Below, piece by piece: positions 1-13,413 of a stretch of DNA of 64,000 bases. The first letter of the stretch is position 1. Each line of letters starts with the position of its first letter. The DNA is from Octopus vulgaris. Its lineage: Eukaryota. Location of the stretch: NCBI GenBank assembly GCA_951406725.2, contig OX597827.1, positions 5,022,001 through 5,086,000 of the forward strand, in the 5' to 3' direction. A program made the translations under genes and the position numbers. A model generated the notes under the pieces. The model had not been told where the DNA came from and ran no database searches. It was given only the letters and a program-made list of their open reading frames with translations.

Positions 1-130
1 GAATACTACACACACACTTTTGTGTAAGTATATATATATTTATGTGTGTATATGTGTGCTTGTGTATATATTATATATATTGATATAGATATATATAGAT
101 GTGTATGTGTGTATGTATATATGTGTGTTT

Positions 131-247
131 CCGAACCACATGGTTCTGGGTTCAGTCCCACTGCATGGCAAGTGTCTTCTGCTATAGCTTCAGGCTGACC
201 AAAGCCTTATAAGTGGATTTGGTGGACAGAAACTGAAAGAAGCCCAT

Positions 248-295
<48 letters not shown>

Positions 296-505
296 TATAT
301 TTGTGTGTCTGTGTACCCCCACCATCACTTTATAAGTGATGTCAGTGTGCTTACATCCCCATAACTTAGCAGTTCAGCAAAAGAGACCAATAGAATAAGT
401 GCTAGGCTTACAAAGAACAAGTCCTAGAGTCGATTTGTTTGACTAACGGTAGTGCTCCAGCATGACCACAGTCAAATGACTGAAACAAGTAAAAGAATAA
501 AAGAA
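131..505 (+). mobile_element. tRNA-derived CORE-like SINE, family A
   Basis: B-box ggttcagtccc, central microsatellite and 3' end cagtcaaatgactgaaacaagtaaaaga shared with many copies. Confidence 0.85.
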
Positions 506-570
506 CATATATATATATATATATATATATTCTTAAGAATATTATTGACAATGATTTCAAAGTTTTCAAG

Positions 571-618
571 TTTGGGCTGATGATGGGTTAACTTGCTGAA
601 ACTTCGAAGTCACTATCA
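571..618 (+). ncRNA. Degenerate type I hammerhead-like motif inside an inverted repeat
   Basis: CTGATGA 577-583, GAAA 598-601, palindromic ACTTCGAAGT, GUC ending at 611. Stems I and II are weak. Confidence 0.5.
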
Positions 619-733
619 ATAATATTCATGTTTAAGAATAGTAAATTTGTACTGAGCAAAAGTACAGAGTAACCACTCAGATTAATGTAGATTGTTTTTT
701 ATTATAACTGAACTTAAAAAACATACACACACA

Positions 734-773
<40 letters not shown>

Positions 774-2659
774 TATATAGATATATATATATACATACGT
801 ATGTGTATATGTATGTATGTGAGTATGTATGTATACTTTTTCTTTTTGTATGTTATGCAGTCATAACTTTTAAAATATTTTATACTTTAAGTAATAAACT
901 GTGTTATAGTTATATCAAATTATCTATGTATAGACGGTATTTAGATTTTACATTATTTATTGCATGCATAACAGTAACAGGAATTTTAGATGTATACAAT
1001 GAACATTGGGTTAAAGTTTCATATAAGTGTAGATCACATGTATAGATTTTTACACTTGGTTTACATTGCAATATCATTAGCTTCTATATACACCGTATAA
1101 AAATACTATTTTCCTCTGAAAGTAATTTTCTTAATAAAAAAAAAAAAAAGAAAGAATTTAAACAATATAGCAGATAAATATTAAAAATTTAAATGAAAGA
1201 TTATCTCTCAACCGAAGCATTCAATTTTTAATCATCTTTGTCTAAAATATGCAATTTATGTATTGATTGAGAAGTTATCAATATATCAATAGATTATTGT
1301 TATTTGGCTATTAAGGATTAATTTTCAATTATTTCTTCTGCATTTTTGATATCAGAAATAGTAATTATGTAAAAAAAAAAAATGAAAAATTGGAAGAAAT
1401 ATTTCTAAAAAACACATAAAAGAATTTCCATATCTAAATTAATATTTTCTAGAGTAGAGTTTTTTTTTTTTCCTTTCCTTATCTATAATAAATATGTAAA
1501 AAGAATTAAAGCTGCACAATAAATTATAGAAAAAAAAGTCTTTGGGATAATCATTTCTAATTAAAGAAATACTTCCACCTCTCTGCATAATTTTCTTTTG
1601 ATTAAATGAACACTTCAAAAGAAAACTATTTGTATTATCTAAATATAATGAATAAGCATGATTATGCCTACGCACACACATGCACACACTCTCATGCACT
1701 CACACACTGATACATACACACACTATTGCCTTGTGCCAAGAGATTTTAGCCTCAACGCCAAAGACAAAGTAAACAAAAAACACAAAAATAGTGAAAATTG
1801 TTTGACAGAACTTAGTATTTACACAATTTTACATATTAGTATGTTTGTATAAACATATGCACACTAATTTATGCATGTGTATATGTGCATATATATGTAT
1901 GTATATGTATGTATAATGTGTTTATATATGTATATGTATGTTTACGTGTGTGCATATGTGAGGGTGTGTGTGTGTGTATATGTGTGTTCTGTAATGAAAA
2001 AAATAGTTAACTATTCCTAAACATAAATCAACCTGTTTTATGGACCTCTGTTGTTCTTGAAAATTCAGATCATGAGTATCATGTAAAAATATGTAAATTG
2101 CATTAAAATACATAAAAAAAAACCCCAAAAACATGTAAATATATTTGTGTCACAAAATACTATCAATTAAATCTGTGTAATTAAAAGTAGTAGCCTGTAT
2201 GGAGAATGTAAACCTACATATATGAAGTATATTCCCATGGTGCATTGTCGGAAAAACATTGTTCTTGTTCTTCTCCAAGATAATTCTTAGAATTATAGAA
2301 TAAGATTTCAAAACAACCAACAGAATAGAGAGATGATGAATAAAAAAAATGGTTTCGAGAAGTAAACTTTATAGTCACAATTTCAATATTAGATCTTCTT
2401 TTACGTTTTAAAACATGAATTAAAGTATTAAAAAGTTAGAAAAGGAATTTTTATTGTTTGTTAAAGAAATATATTCGGTCAATTAACTCAGAGCTTCAGA
2501 GGATAGATTAGCAGGTTGTTCTTAATAACTAAGATAAACAGAAATAGGCATAGCCAGGTGATTAAGAAGTTCGCTTTGCAACCACAGGGCTTCAGTTTCA
2601 TTCCATTGCGCATGTGTGTGAGTGTGTGTGTGAGATAGAGAGTATATATGCATGTGTGT

Positions 2660-2886
2660 GGCGAGCTGGCAGAAACGTTAGCATGCCGGGCGAAATGCGT
2701 AGCCGTATTTCGTCTGCCGTTACGTTCTGAGTTCAAATTCCGCCGAGGTCGACTTTGCCTTTCATCCTTTCGGGGTCGATAAATTAAGTACCAGTTACGT
2801 ACTGGGGTCGATGGAATCGACTTAATCGCTTTGTCTGTCCTTGTTTGTCCCCTCTGTGTTTAGCCCCTTGTGGGTAGTAAAGAAAT
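2660..2886 (+). mobile_element. tRNA-derived SINE, family B
   Basis: ggcgagctggcagaaacgttagc...gagttcaaattcc (B box)...gtcgactttgcctttcatcctttcggggtcgataaattaagtaccag...ccccttgtgggtagtaaagaaata. Confidence 0.9.
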
Positions 2887-3262
2887 ATATATGCATGTGT
2901 GTGTGTGAGAGAGAGAGAGTATATATGTATGTGTGTGTGAGAGAGAGAAAGAGAGAGTATATACATGTGTGTGTGAGAGAGAGAAAGAGAGAGTATATAT
3001 ATATGTGAGTGTGTGAGACTATCAAAGAATGGATAATGAGTAAGAAGTGTTTTGAGAAGTGAGCATTATAGTCACAGTTTCAATATTAAATCTTCTTTTG
3101 CATTTTGAAACTTGAATTAAAGTATTAAAAACAGTATTATATAAATCCTCATTTTTTTGACATCCACTTTGCCAAACTTGATGGGTCAGATAGTTCGATG
3201 AGGCAGATTTTCCACAGCCAGATACCCTTTATGTGACCAACTCTCAGTTGTTTGCAAGTAAG

Positions 3263-3516
3263 CTGAAGCATGGAACAAACTACCTGCATCAGTTGTTAGT
3301 TGTCGGAGCACTGCATCCTTCAAAACTTCCATGCTTCCTGAGATTCTCCAAAACTACACCTGATTTTCCCCTCTCCATACACACACAAGCATGTATCTGA
3401 CTCATACCCTGTTCGCTTTCCAGACATTTGTACATTACTGCATATGCTTTATATGCACTTTTGACAAGTTGTGGTGCACCTGAGCACTGTATACAATAAT
3501 TTCAGTATTATTATTA
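3263..3516 (+). mobile_element. CR1-like LINE 3' end with (ATT)n tail
   Basis: EAWNKLPASVVSCRSTASFKTS...* fits the CR1 WNxLP..VV...FK terminus. The 3' UTR recurs at 5156-5281. Possible TSD taagct (3259-3264 and 3517-3522). Confidence 0.7.
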
Positions 3517-5155
3517 TAAGCTAATATTTCCCAATGATCGGATGTTTTTTCATGAAAGATTGCATTGCTAATATCTGTGTGATGTTCATTTGCATCTATC
3601 ACTTGGTATCGAGAGAAGGGACAAGAAACACACACATACATACACATACATATGTTTTCAGCAGGTTTTTATCAGTTTCAGTTTACCAAATCCATTGACG
3701 GTGTTTTGACCAGCCTAGGGCTATAGTAGATGTTTACCCAAAGTGTCACGCTGTTGAACTGAACTGAAAACCATGTGTTTGAGAAAAAAACTGTTTAACA
3801 ATGTATATTATTTATTTATTTACTGTTTTTTTATTTATAATTTTCTTTAATATTATTGGATTTTCCCACCGATTTTGGCATCTAAATGCATTTTTGTTTG
3901 TTTTACTTTTTTCTTGTTTTGTTTTAGCTCTGATGTCTACGTCTCTAATGAGACATCTAGCAAATGAATTTGCAGACAACACGGATTGGACATTTAAAGC
4001 GATTACTTTTATTTTTTTTAAATGGTGTGTGTGTATACACACACACATACATGTATACATAAGTTCATAGAAACACATGTATATATATCTCACCATCATC
4101 ATTTAATGTCCATTTTCAATGCTGGTGTGGGCTGGGCAGTTTGACAGGAGTTAGAAAACTAGAGGACTGCACCAAGCTCTACTTTCAGCTTTGGCCTGGA
4201 TTTTATGGCTGGATGCTCTTCCTAATGCCAACCACTTTACTGAGTCTACTGGATGCTTTTTCTGTGGCACCATCGGGTTACTTGCAATCCAAAGACTGCT
4301 CAAGTGAGAGTAATGGCATATTGAGGAAGTGGCTTTGTACAGGTGATGAGAAGTTAAAGTATAATAGAAGAGCAGAGACAGGTGTGTTGTTGTAGAAAAG
4401 TTACATAGTTACTCCAGTTGGATAGATAGATAGATAGACAGACAGACAGAAACAGACAGACAGATAGGGAGGGAGAGAAAGAGAGAGGGGCAGAGAGAAA
4501 TGGTGATGGTGAAGATATGCCAGGACATATCCTTAAGTACATGGAGATGAATATAAAGGAAGATGTGTGAATACTTGTGTATAAAGGTGTAAACTGATGC
4601 ATTAAGTCATGTCCCTTTAGATCAAAAGATAACTTAGCCTTTCAATAAATAGATATCAATAAAATAATTTTCAAACTAATATGTAGTCAATATAACTGAC
4701 CAAAAGTAATACATAGTCAATATAACTGATGCAAAAATCCTGAAGCATTGCTTCAGCATGGCTGGTGTCCAATGACTGAAACCAATAAAACTAAGTATTT
4801 AGAATATTATTAAACCAGCAGATTTTATGTCTGAATAGTTTAGTAATTCATATATAACTGAGAGTTAGACTGGAACCTCAGATTTTGTATAAGCAAGCTA
4901 TAATTTAATGAGAAGTATCTATTTAATATATAAGCATTGTTTCATATTTTAGATGTATATCATGCAGTGATGGAAATGCACTTTAGCAACTAGGGATACA
5001 CTAAGGTCTGAGATTGGAGAAAATGGGGAGGGCAATATACTATAAGCTCACATGAGCTCAAAAACTGAGGAAAGCTAGCCTCCTGTATATACCATCATTT
5101 CCATCACTAAAATTATGCTATAAACTGAAGTGTATTATTATAAAGTATTATTACC

Positions 5156-5281
5156 TGACTCATACACTGTTCATTTTCCAGACATTTGTACATTACTGTA
5201 TATGCTTTATACGCACTTTTGACAAGTTGTGGTGCACCTGAGTACTGTATACAATAATTTCATTATTATTATTATTATTAT
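5156..5281 (+). mobile_element. Second, shorter copy of the CR1-like 3' UTR
   Basis: ctgactcatac...ttccagacatttgtacattactg...gtggtgcacctgag...tacaataatttcattattatt is shared with 3397-3516. Confidence 0.75.
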
Positions 5282-5303
5282 TGTATTATTTTAAAGCTAC
5301 CAG

Positions 5304-5335
<32 letters not shown>

Positions 5336-7660
5336 GACACCCTTATAATAAAATTTTGTTTATAACATAATATTAGTACAAAACTGGCCCAATAAATAAG
5401 GCTACCAGCCTATGTGTTCACATGTTACTATAGCCATTTGAAAGTCACATAGCTAAATATTTAATTGTATATGATTTAGTTTACCTAGATATCATTTACA
5501 GGAATCTGAACTTAGGAGAATGTTACTTAGTTTAAGCTGATATCTTTCTTATGCAGGTAGCAATTCATTTTATATACATTTAATACTGCAAAGTTTGAGT
5601 CTAGGTACTGGTTGTATATGTCCCTGTGACTCTTGGAGACATTTAGCCTGATTTTCATGCATTATGTAAGAAGCTATATTTCTATTAGAAGTATTGCTTA
5701 ATAAAACAATTAGTACAAAAATGAAAAATAACTGATAAATCTACAAAATCATATTTATTCAGCATTTTATGTTCTTTAATCAATATCACTATTTGAAATA
5801 TTATATCTTTTAGTTCTGTTCTCTCAACCATTTATAACCACTTCATTCTTTGCCTATTATTATTATTATCAATCTTAATCTCACACAAAAATATTTCAGT
5901 TGTTGTTTTCTCTTTAACATGTAAAATTATAAATTTCTAATTCCTTAACAATTACTTTACTTAACTTGCTTTACCTCAATCTAAGTTTTTAAATTTTCAT
6001 AACTTACGTCTTTGGAGTCCCAATTTCCGACTCTTTTCATTTGTTGTTATAGTTCCCAAGCAATTGTGATTAAAATAATTTATCCCTAATGCAATAATTA
6101 TTATAATGCCCAAATAACATTGAATTCCTATATATCTTTTATTTTCTGTATTTAATACTTTTTCTACTTTTAACAATCTCATGAGGTTCCTGATCACTAC
6201 TATGTGGTCTAACTTCCAAAGTCATGAGCTAACATGAGGGTCTCTACTAGAAAAGTCAGCCAAATTTCCTCCAACTCACTATCTTAACAAAAGATATGAG
6301 AAATTAAATAAAACGATGACACAGTCATGGCGAGAATATTCTTGGTTACATATTTGCTCAATCAAGGTTGATTTGACCAGCAAGAGAACAACACTTTCAG
6401 TAATCAATGTTTTTGTTACCTTTTATATAAGTCTTTTCTTTGTGCTTGTCTTTCTTTTTTTTTTCAACATTGATTGCACAATGAGAACTTATTTACAATC
6501 GGTTACAGTTTCTGGGGAAAATATAGAGCTCTTGATTTACATTATAAAGATCTCAGTAGTTGTGGTTTAAGACTAAAGAAGACAAAAAGCAAATTTTAAT
6601 GCCAAATACTTTCTTGCATGCTATGAGGTATTCATTATTTCTCATAACGAAGGAGCCATTTATATGTATCTTCTATTGTCATTACATACATAAATTATGA
6701 CAAGCAGAACATGGTTTATTTCTCTTTTCAGGTTTATAAAGATTAATAGTTAGATGTCATACACTATAATGTCGTAATCGAAGTATTTTGTTCAGGTGCA
6801 AAATCAAACTGTTTAAAATCCATCTTGGTAATAGTTTACACCAATTCTATCATAATTTCTGTTATATTTAGTTGTCAAGCTAGCAGAATTATTGCTGTAT
6901 TGGACAGAAAGCTTAGCAGCATTTCTTTGAGCTTTACATTCTGAGTTCAAATTCCATCAAGGTTGACTATTTTCATCCTTTTGAAGTTGATGAAATAAGT
7001 ACCAGCTGAGTAACTCCCTTACCCAAAATGTTATGCCTTGTGCCTAGCAGGAAAGATTTATTTGGTGAGATATCTGATCTGAGATGGGGGTAATCAAACT
7101 TGTTTTTGTTGCTTTTTTGCTTGCTGATTGCTGAGTCTGGTGGAAATGGTAATGCCCATGACCTTTTCAAGAGCCTGAGATCGATGTGGTTGAATTTCTT
7201 GATGTTCTTTTGAAAGTCTTTCAGATTAACATCTACAGGAAAGACGCGAGTTGGGAAGAGATACCAGAAAATTGATGTTCTGGGGTAGAAGGAATGGGCA
7301 TAATGACATGTACAGAGTTCACTCTGTTGTCAATGAAGGTGATGAGAAGCAGGGGGATGAGTGAATTGGGGGTGAGTGGTGGAGTTATGTGACCAGACAA
7401 ATCTAAAGAACATATGCCATTATAATAGCAATAGAGAAAATAGAAAGAGGAAACATTATGCTCATGGACCAGGGGTTGAAACATGCTTGTTAGTATTTAA
7501 ATGCTAACCAATCAAGTGTACTTATACAATTTTTGCAGTGACTTTTATAATTTCCCTATATTAAATATATCCTTTTTGTTTTTTCATTGTAGCCGTTTCA
7601 TGAAGTTCACACCCATGAAAATACTTGGGTAGGTGCCAAATTCATTTTCTAATAAATATA

Positions 7661-7871
7661 TACTCTTTTACTCTTTTACTTGTTTCAGTCATTTGACTGT
7701 GGCCATGCTGGAGCACTGCCTTTAGTCGAGCAAATCGACTCCGGGACTTATTCTTTGTAAGCCCAGTACTTATTCTATCGGTCTCTTTTGCCGAACCGCT
7801 AAGTGATGGGGACGTAAACACACCAGCATCGGTTGTCAAGCAATGCTAGAGGGACAAACACAGACACACAA

Positions 7872-7921
<50 letters not shown>

Positions 7922-7967
7922 GACAGGCTTCTTTCAGTTTCTGTCTACCAAATCCACTCACAAGGCC
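7661..7967 (-). mobile_element. SINE family A, 5'-truncated
   Basis: Near-identical to the other family A copies. Confidence 0.9.
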
Positions 7968-8877
7968 ATTTTTTAAACCAGTGTTGTTCTTATCGTATTT
8001 CCTTACTAATGTTGTTCTAAGCTGTATAGACTGTGTATTGCATGAGTTCATTTAAAGCAGTATCTCATTCTTGCTGCTCTATGTTTCTTATATTATCATC
8101 TTTACATAATAGCATATGTTTCTCATTGTCAATGAGTACAGATATCCCCCAGTGTGCATGTAATATTTCTCTAAGCATGAACATTCTTTAGAAAGAGAAA
8201 AAGTCATAAATGCCTGAGACAGTGAAACAGAACTGTCAAAACTTCAATATTCTGAAGTCTTCATGAAAAATTCATAACTAGAGAATAATTATTTGCTAGA
8301 GAGAATATTTTGATGCTTCACTATGACAGATAAGAGATTAAAAACGAGCAAATCCTTGCTGATTAAAAAAAACGAATTCCATATATGCAAATGAAAAAAA
8401 AAAAGGGGTAACTACTGATTTACAGATGCTATTATAGCATAATAAGTGTTGACTCAAACATTCTGCAGAAGGAAAGCAAATGTTATAGAAAGCTCTAACT
8501 GCAAGGACTTTACAATTACATCTTCTTTCGTTTGTTAGTGAAGGGAAACCAAAAAGGGAATCATTTTGGACCTTTCGATTTCAACCTACATTCGAAATGT
8601 AAATTATTCTCAGAAAGTAATTCATTGGCAAAATTATTTGGGTATTGGGTATGACTTTTTTTTCTTGATCCTTTGGACTTTTAAGGCCAGTTACCCTGAT
8701 TCCATGGTATATAAATAACTGAGATATCAATATTTCCCCTGAATGGAACATCAATCCATTGCAAGGTCTTAGGCCAGCCATTTTGAGGGAAGAGAACAAG
8801 CTGATTACATTGACCCCAGTATTTGACTGGTACTTCATTTTATTGACTTCAAAGGGACGAAAGGCAAAGTTGATACC

Positions 8878-9130
8878 TATTTCTTTATTACCCACAAGGG
8901 GCTAAACATAGAGGGGACAAACAAGGACAGACATAGATATTAAGTCGATTACATCGACCCCAGTGCGTAACTGGTACTTATTTAATCGACCCCGAAAGGA
9001 TGAAAGGTAAAGTCGACCTCGGCGGAATTTGAACGCACAACGTAACGCAGACGAAATACCGCTAAGCATTTCACCCGGCGTGCTAACATTTCTGCCAGCT
9101 TGCTGCCTTAATCTGCCAGCTCGCTGCCAT
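8878..9130 (-). mobile_element. SINE family B inserted into an older related SINE, 17-bp TSD
   Basis: aaggcaaagttgatacc at 8861-8877 and 9131-9147. Confidence 0.92.
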
Positions 9131-10399
9131 AAGGCAAAGTTGATACCGTCATGCTAATGATTCCGCCAACTCACTACCTCATTGGACCTGATGCCTTGCA
9201 GTATTTCTTTTGTAGACTGAGTTCTTTAATGGTAGACTTAGAGTCGATCTCTTAATTTAACACCATCATGATGTCCTTGGATGATTTTAGTAAAGTTCAC
9301 TCTGTTGCAGACATCAGGATCAGGTTTCCATATTAAGGATATCTTTCTCCTTTTCCCACCAGTCTTGGAGGATCATCGATGTTGCCTTTCTATCTCAGAC
9401 TAAATGGTTAAAAACTAAAATCATGGAATCTCTGAATAATTAAAGTTGTTGCTTTATTTGTCTAAATATCCTAGTTTTTCACACCTATTCATGTTACACT
9501 ACTGTAACTCGACTTACTGGTTTCCTTTAGCAAGTACTGTGAAATCTATGTTTCATGAAGGAAGTTAAATAATACCAACACATATCTAAAGTTTTTCCCC
9601 ATACTTACTGAAATAATTAAAATAACATTAATCATTGAGCCAATATTGTCTGTTGCTCACTGCATTAAAAGTTTTACATCAAGCATGTTCACCCCTACAT
9701 AATCGTCAGTTTTTATGCATATTGTATCACTCAACTACTGAATTCAGCCTTCTTTTTTTAGTCAGCTTGGTTCCTAATTTAAGTATAGATGTAAGAACAT
9801 TTTAAAATATCTAGTCTCACAGTTGATTCAGTAGAAAATCATATCACATTTGCCACTAACCATACTTTTTACATGACAAAAATATACCGATTTAAGCTTT
9901 CTCGGAATGTCGCTTTACTGCCATAATATGTTTTGTAATGTTTAATAGCCTGTTGGTGTATGTTATCTCCAGATATGTTCTTCTAACAGACACCCCCCTG
10001 ACAGACACACTTTCTTTCTCAAATATAATACTTTAGAAACATTTAAAACAGAGTTTAGATGGTGTTTACACTTCTTATGCAGTATTTACATTTCTAATCC
10101 AAGTAAAGCAAATAACTTGGGGAAATTAAGATTTAGTTATAATTTAATGTAAGTATTAATTTAAATGTATAAAATATATAAAAGAAATATTACTTACCAT
10201 TGAATATTTATTAGTCTAGCTAAGATATTTTGTGTTCAAGTGATGAGTATTTTGCTTTTCTATGGTTGCCAATGACATCAGTGTTAAGCAGGTGTAATTT
10301 GTATTGTTATATTGCTAACAAGATGCCATTCATTATATCATAGCTTTCAAATGTCTGAAAACTAGAGTCACATAGCAGCTTTGAATTGAATAATTAGTT

Positions 10400-11603
10400 T
10401 GTAACAAAATGAATGAAACAAATATCTAAGACATAGAAAAAGGTTTCATCAAGATCTAAATGTTTGTAAACAATTTTTATTAATTACTTTGTTGCTGTGA
10501 TATTTCTGTCTACACTTCAGCAATTATTATATTTTACTAATGACAAACCAACATGGAAATCCTTGTTTCTTTTGAAATAGTATGGAAGGTAATAATTACT
10601 GTTACATTTGTAATATGTGTAAGCATGTTGATATTACAAATGAACTGCAATATTTGCACCTGTTGTTGAGAAGCAATCCTTAGGAAAGTTTAACAGGATT
10701 CCTATAAACTTTTTGGCTTGTTTTTTTTTTTCATATATTTTGATTAAATTGTTTGCAAATTTGTTGTAGGAATGTTAAGCAAATATTACAATTGCAGATG
10801 ATTTTAAGACCAATGTAGCAAAATAAAATAGATAGAATTGTTTATTTACAACTAAGGGTTTATATACAATAAGTCTTTGTGAATATAATATTTATATCTT
10901 TATATAGCTTTTGGCCTTTGTACTCATGCCATTTTGCACTTAAACTTCACAGTACTTGTTTTAGATAAAAGAAACAAAAAAAAACAATAATAATAAAAAG
11001 ATTATGGTATTGTCTTAATAGTACAAATCAATCAATTTGTAATAAACTTGAAAGAATTTTCATGGTTTGTGGTTTTTTGCTTTTTGTTTCACTTTATTTT
11101 TAATATTTCTTTCTTTTCTCAGTTTAAACTCAGATAAATACTGTTTGCAAAGATGAAGGGAATTACTGGAATATTTCTGTAATAATTAGCTGGCTTTGAA
11201 AATATATAGGGCATCATATTTGAAGATTTAGTAAACTATAGTGCTGTAGCTTATTAAAGACTATATTTGTTTAAAAGACCTTTTTTTATTATTATTAAAC
11301 TAGAAAAACATCAACAACATGAAGCAAAATACAACTGTCAGTAATTACACAGAAGCTAAGTTAATGTTTTTCCTAGAAGAATTATGTAGAAATAATTAGA
11401 ACATTATATAAAATATATTCTGATTTGTGCAATATCTTTCTGTAGCACAGCAGTCATGCTTATTTACAATAATTAGAATAATTATAGTGGGGTTTAAACA
11501 TGTTTACTGTTAATTATATTGACATTTTATATTTGAAAAGAACCTATGTGTAACATTGGTGTTTCTCGTTAGAAAAGACTTAATGAATGGAATAAAGTTA
11601 TTT
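10400..11603 (-). other. Probable 3' UTR of the protocadherin; end uncertain
   Basis: Repeat-free AT-rich stretch after the stop codon. Candidate AATAAA signals on the minus strand lie at 11285-11290, 11093-11098, 10841-10846 and 10476-10481. Confidence 0.45.
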
Positions 11604-11869
11604 TTATGGTTTTGGTACTTTAGGTACAGATGGCAGGGGTTTGGGGAAAGAAGAGAAACTATTTTTTATTGGTAAATTCCAAGGTTCTGGGAGATTAGCA
11701 GTTTTTATTCTTAAGGATTTAAGATCAATAACATCATTGCAGACAATTTTTTGATCAACAATTGCTTGACAGGAAGGTTTTGTAGAAATATCCTTGGGTT
11801 TGTGTGTTGTCCATGGTAAAGAACTCCTACTTTTGTGTTGCTGTTGATCCTCTTGACTGTGCTTGAAAC
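11604..11869 (-). CDS. Protocadherin terminal coding exon (GFKHSQEDQ...PEPWNLPIKNSFSSFPKPLPSVPKVPKP*)
   Basis: Pyrimidine tract ttctttgtttatttttacgag| followed by a phase-1-compatible frame, open for 87 codons to TAA at 11606-11604. Non-repetitive and followed by AT-rich UTR-like sequence. This frame is absent from the ORF track. Confidence 0.75.
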
Positions 11870-12472
11870 CTCGTAAAAATAAACAAAGAAAACAAAAATG
11901 TTCATCATGAGCTGAAATTACACAGTATGAACATTCTCTTCATTGAATTCTAATTATTGTTATGCTATATTTTTGTAACTAGTTATATTCTCCGTCTTTA
12001 CATAAACATCATTATATTTATATATCACATTGAATATTATTAATATCCATGGTGAAATTTTTTAAGAAATTAAACTTGTCTTAAGCATTAATTTTAGTTA
12101 TGTTCCTCAATATATTAATCTATAGAAATATAAAAGGAAATATTTATTCATTTAATAGTAATTAAGAGAAATGTACTATTGATATCTATTGTTGAGAATA
12201 ATATTACATCCAAAATATTGAATGCATAAAAAAAAATTTGTAAAAGCAGTGAAGAGCAAGCACTTCCTTCAGAGTTTTGTATAAGTAACAAATTTTTGTT
12301 AATAAAACATTGAAATAGTGAAAATTATGAAAATAAGGTAAATTTTACCATTGTTTGATAAAATGAATAGTCTATTTTTCAATGAAACTATTCTCTAGTT
12401 AGTGCTCAAATAATTTTTGAAGTAATCCAAAATATATACACTCCAAGAACTATGTGTATACATGTGTGTGTG

Positions 12473-12886
12473 TACTCTTTTACTCTTTTACTTGTTTCAG
12501 TCATTTGACTGCAGCCATGCTGGAGCACCACCTTTAGTCGAGCAAATCGACCCCAAGACTTATTCTTTGTAAGCCCAGTACTTATTCTATCGTTCTCTTT
12601 TGCCGAACCGCTAAGTGACGGGTACATAAACACACCAGCAACAGTTGTCAAGCAATGCTAGGGGGACAAACACAGACACACAAACACACACACACATACA
12701 TACATATATACATACATATATACGACAGGCTTCTTTCAGTTTCCGTCTACGAAATCCACTCACAAGGCATTGGTCGGCCCGGGGCTATAGCAGAAAACAC
12801 TTGCCCAAGATGCGATGCAGTGGGACTGAACCCGGAACCATGTGGTTGGTTAGCAAGCTACTTACCACACAGCCACTCCTGCGCCT
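12473..12886 (-). mobile_element. SINE family A, full length (intronic)
   Basis: Head aggcgcaggagtggctgtgtggtaag...ggttcagtccc with A/B boxes, a CORE-like cttgggcaagt, an internal (CA)/(TA) tract and an aaagagt tail. Confidence 0.92.
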
Positions 12887-13343
12887 GTGTGTATGTGATT
12901 CATTTCAATGTTGCAGTTTCAGATTTTATACTTGGTCTTTTCAAGATTGTTTTAATCTTTCCTCAGTTAACTTTTTGTGATAAAACCACTCATACAATCT
13001 ACTTTATTATTATTTAGTATTATTATATCATAATTGAGCAATCATTTTTATTAATATATAATTAATATTCTTATGTTGTGAAAATTTAGATTGAACTTCA
13101 TAAAATTGTGCATGTTCACCATTCTTGTATTTTGTTTTTACATATTGAGAATATATTAAAATATTCTCAATTGCAACTCAGTCCTGTAACTGAGCATTTA
13201 CTATAGGCCTTTATTTGGTACTTTACAGATAATTATTAACATTTCCAAGTTTGAGCTTTGTTGACAAAAATAAAACAGTGATAATGAAAATGCAAATTGC
13301 ATTCTCAAGACAGAAAGAAATGATAATAATATTAATAATAATA

Positions 13344-13411
<68 letters not shown>

Positions 13412-13413
<2 letters not shown>

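Noticed and set aside
7642-8055. Recurrent ORFs MTTDAGVF..., MSSNARG... and MLGGQTQ... as a gene family
   Set aside because: They are translations of SINE family A copies.
11711-11908. 65-aa ORF as listed in the track
   Set aside because: It is the wrong frame; the phase-compatible frame at 11604-11869 gives the protocadherin tail.
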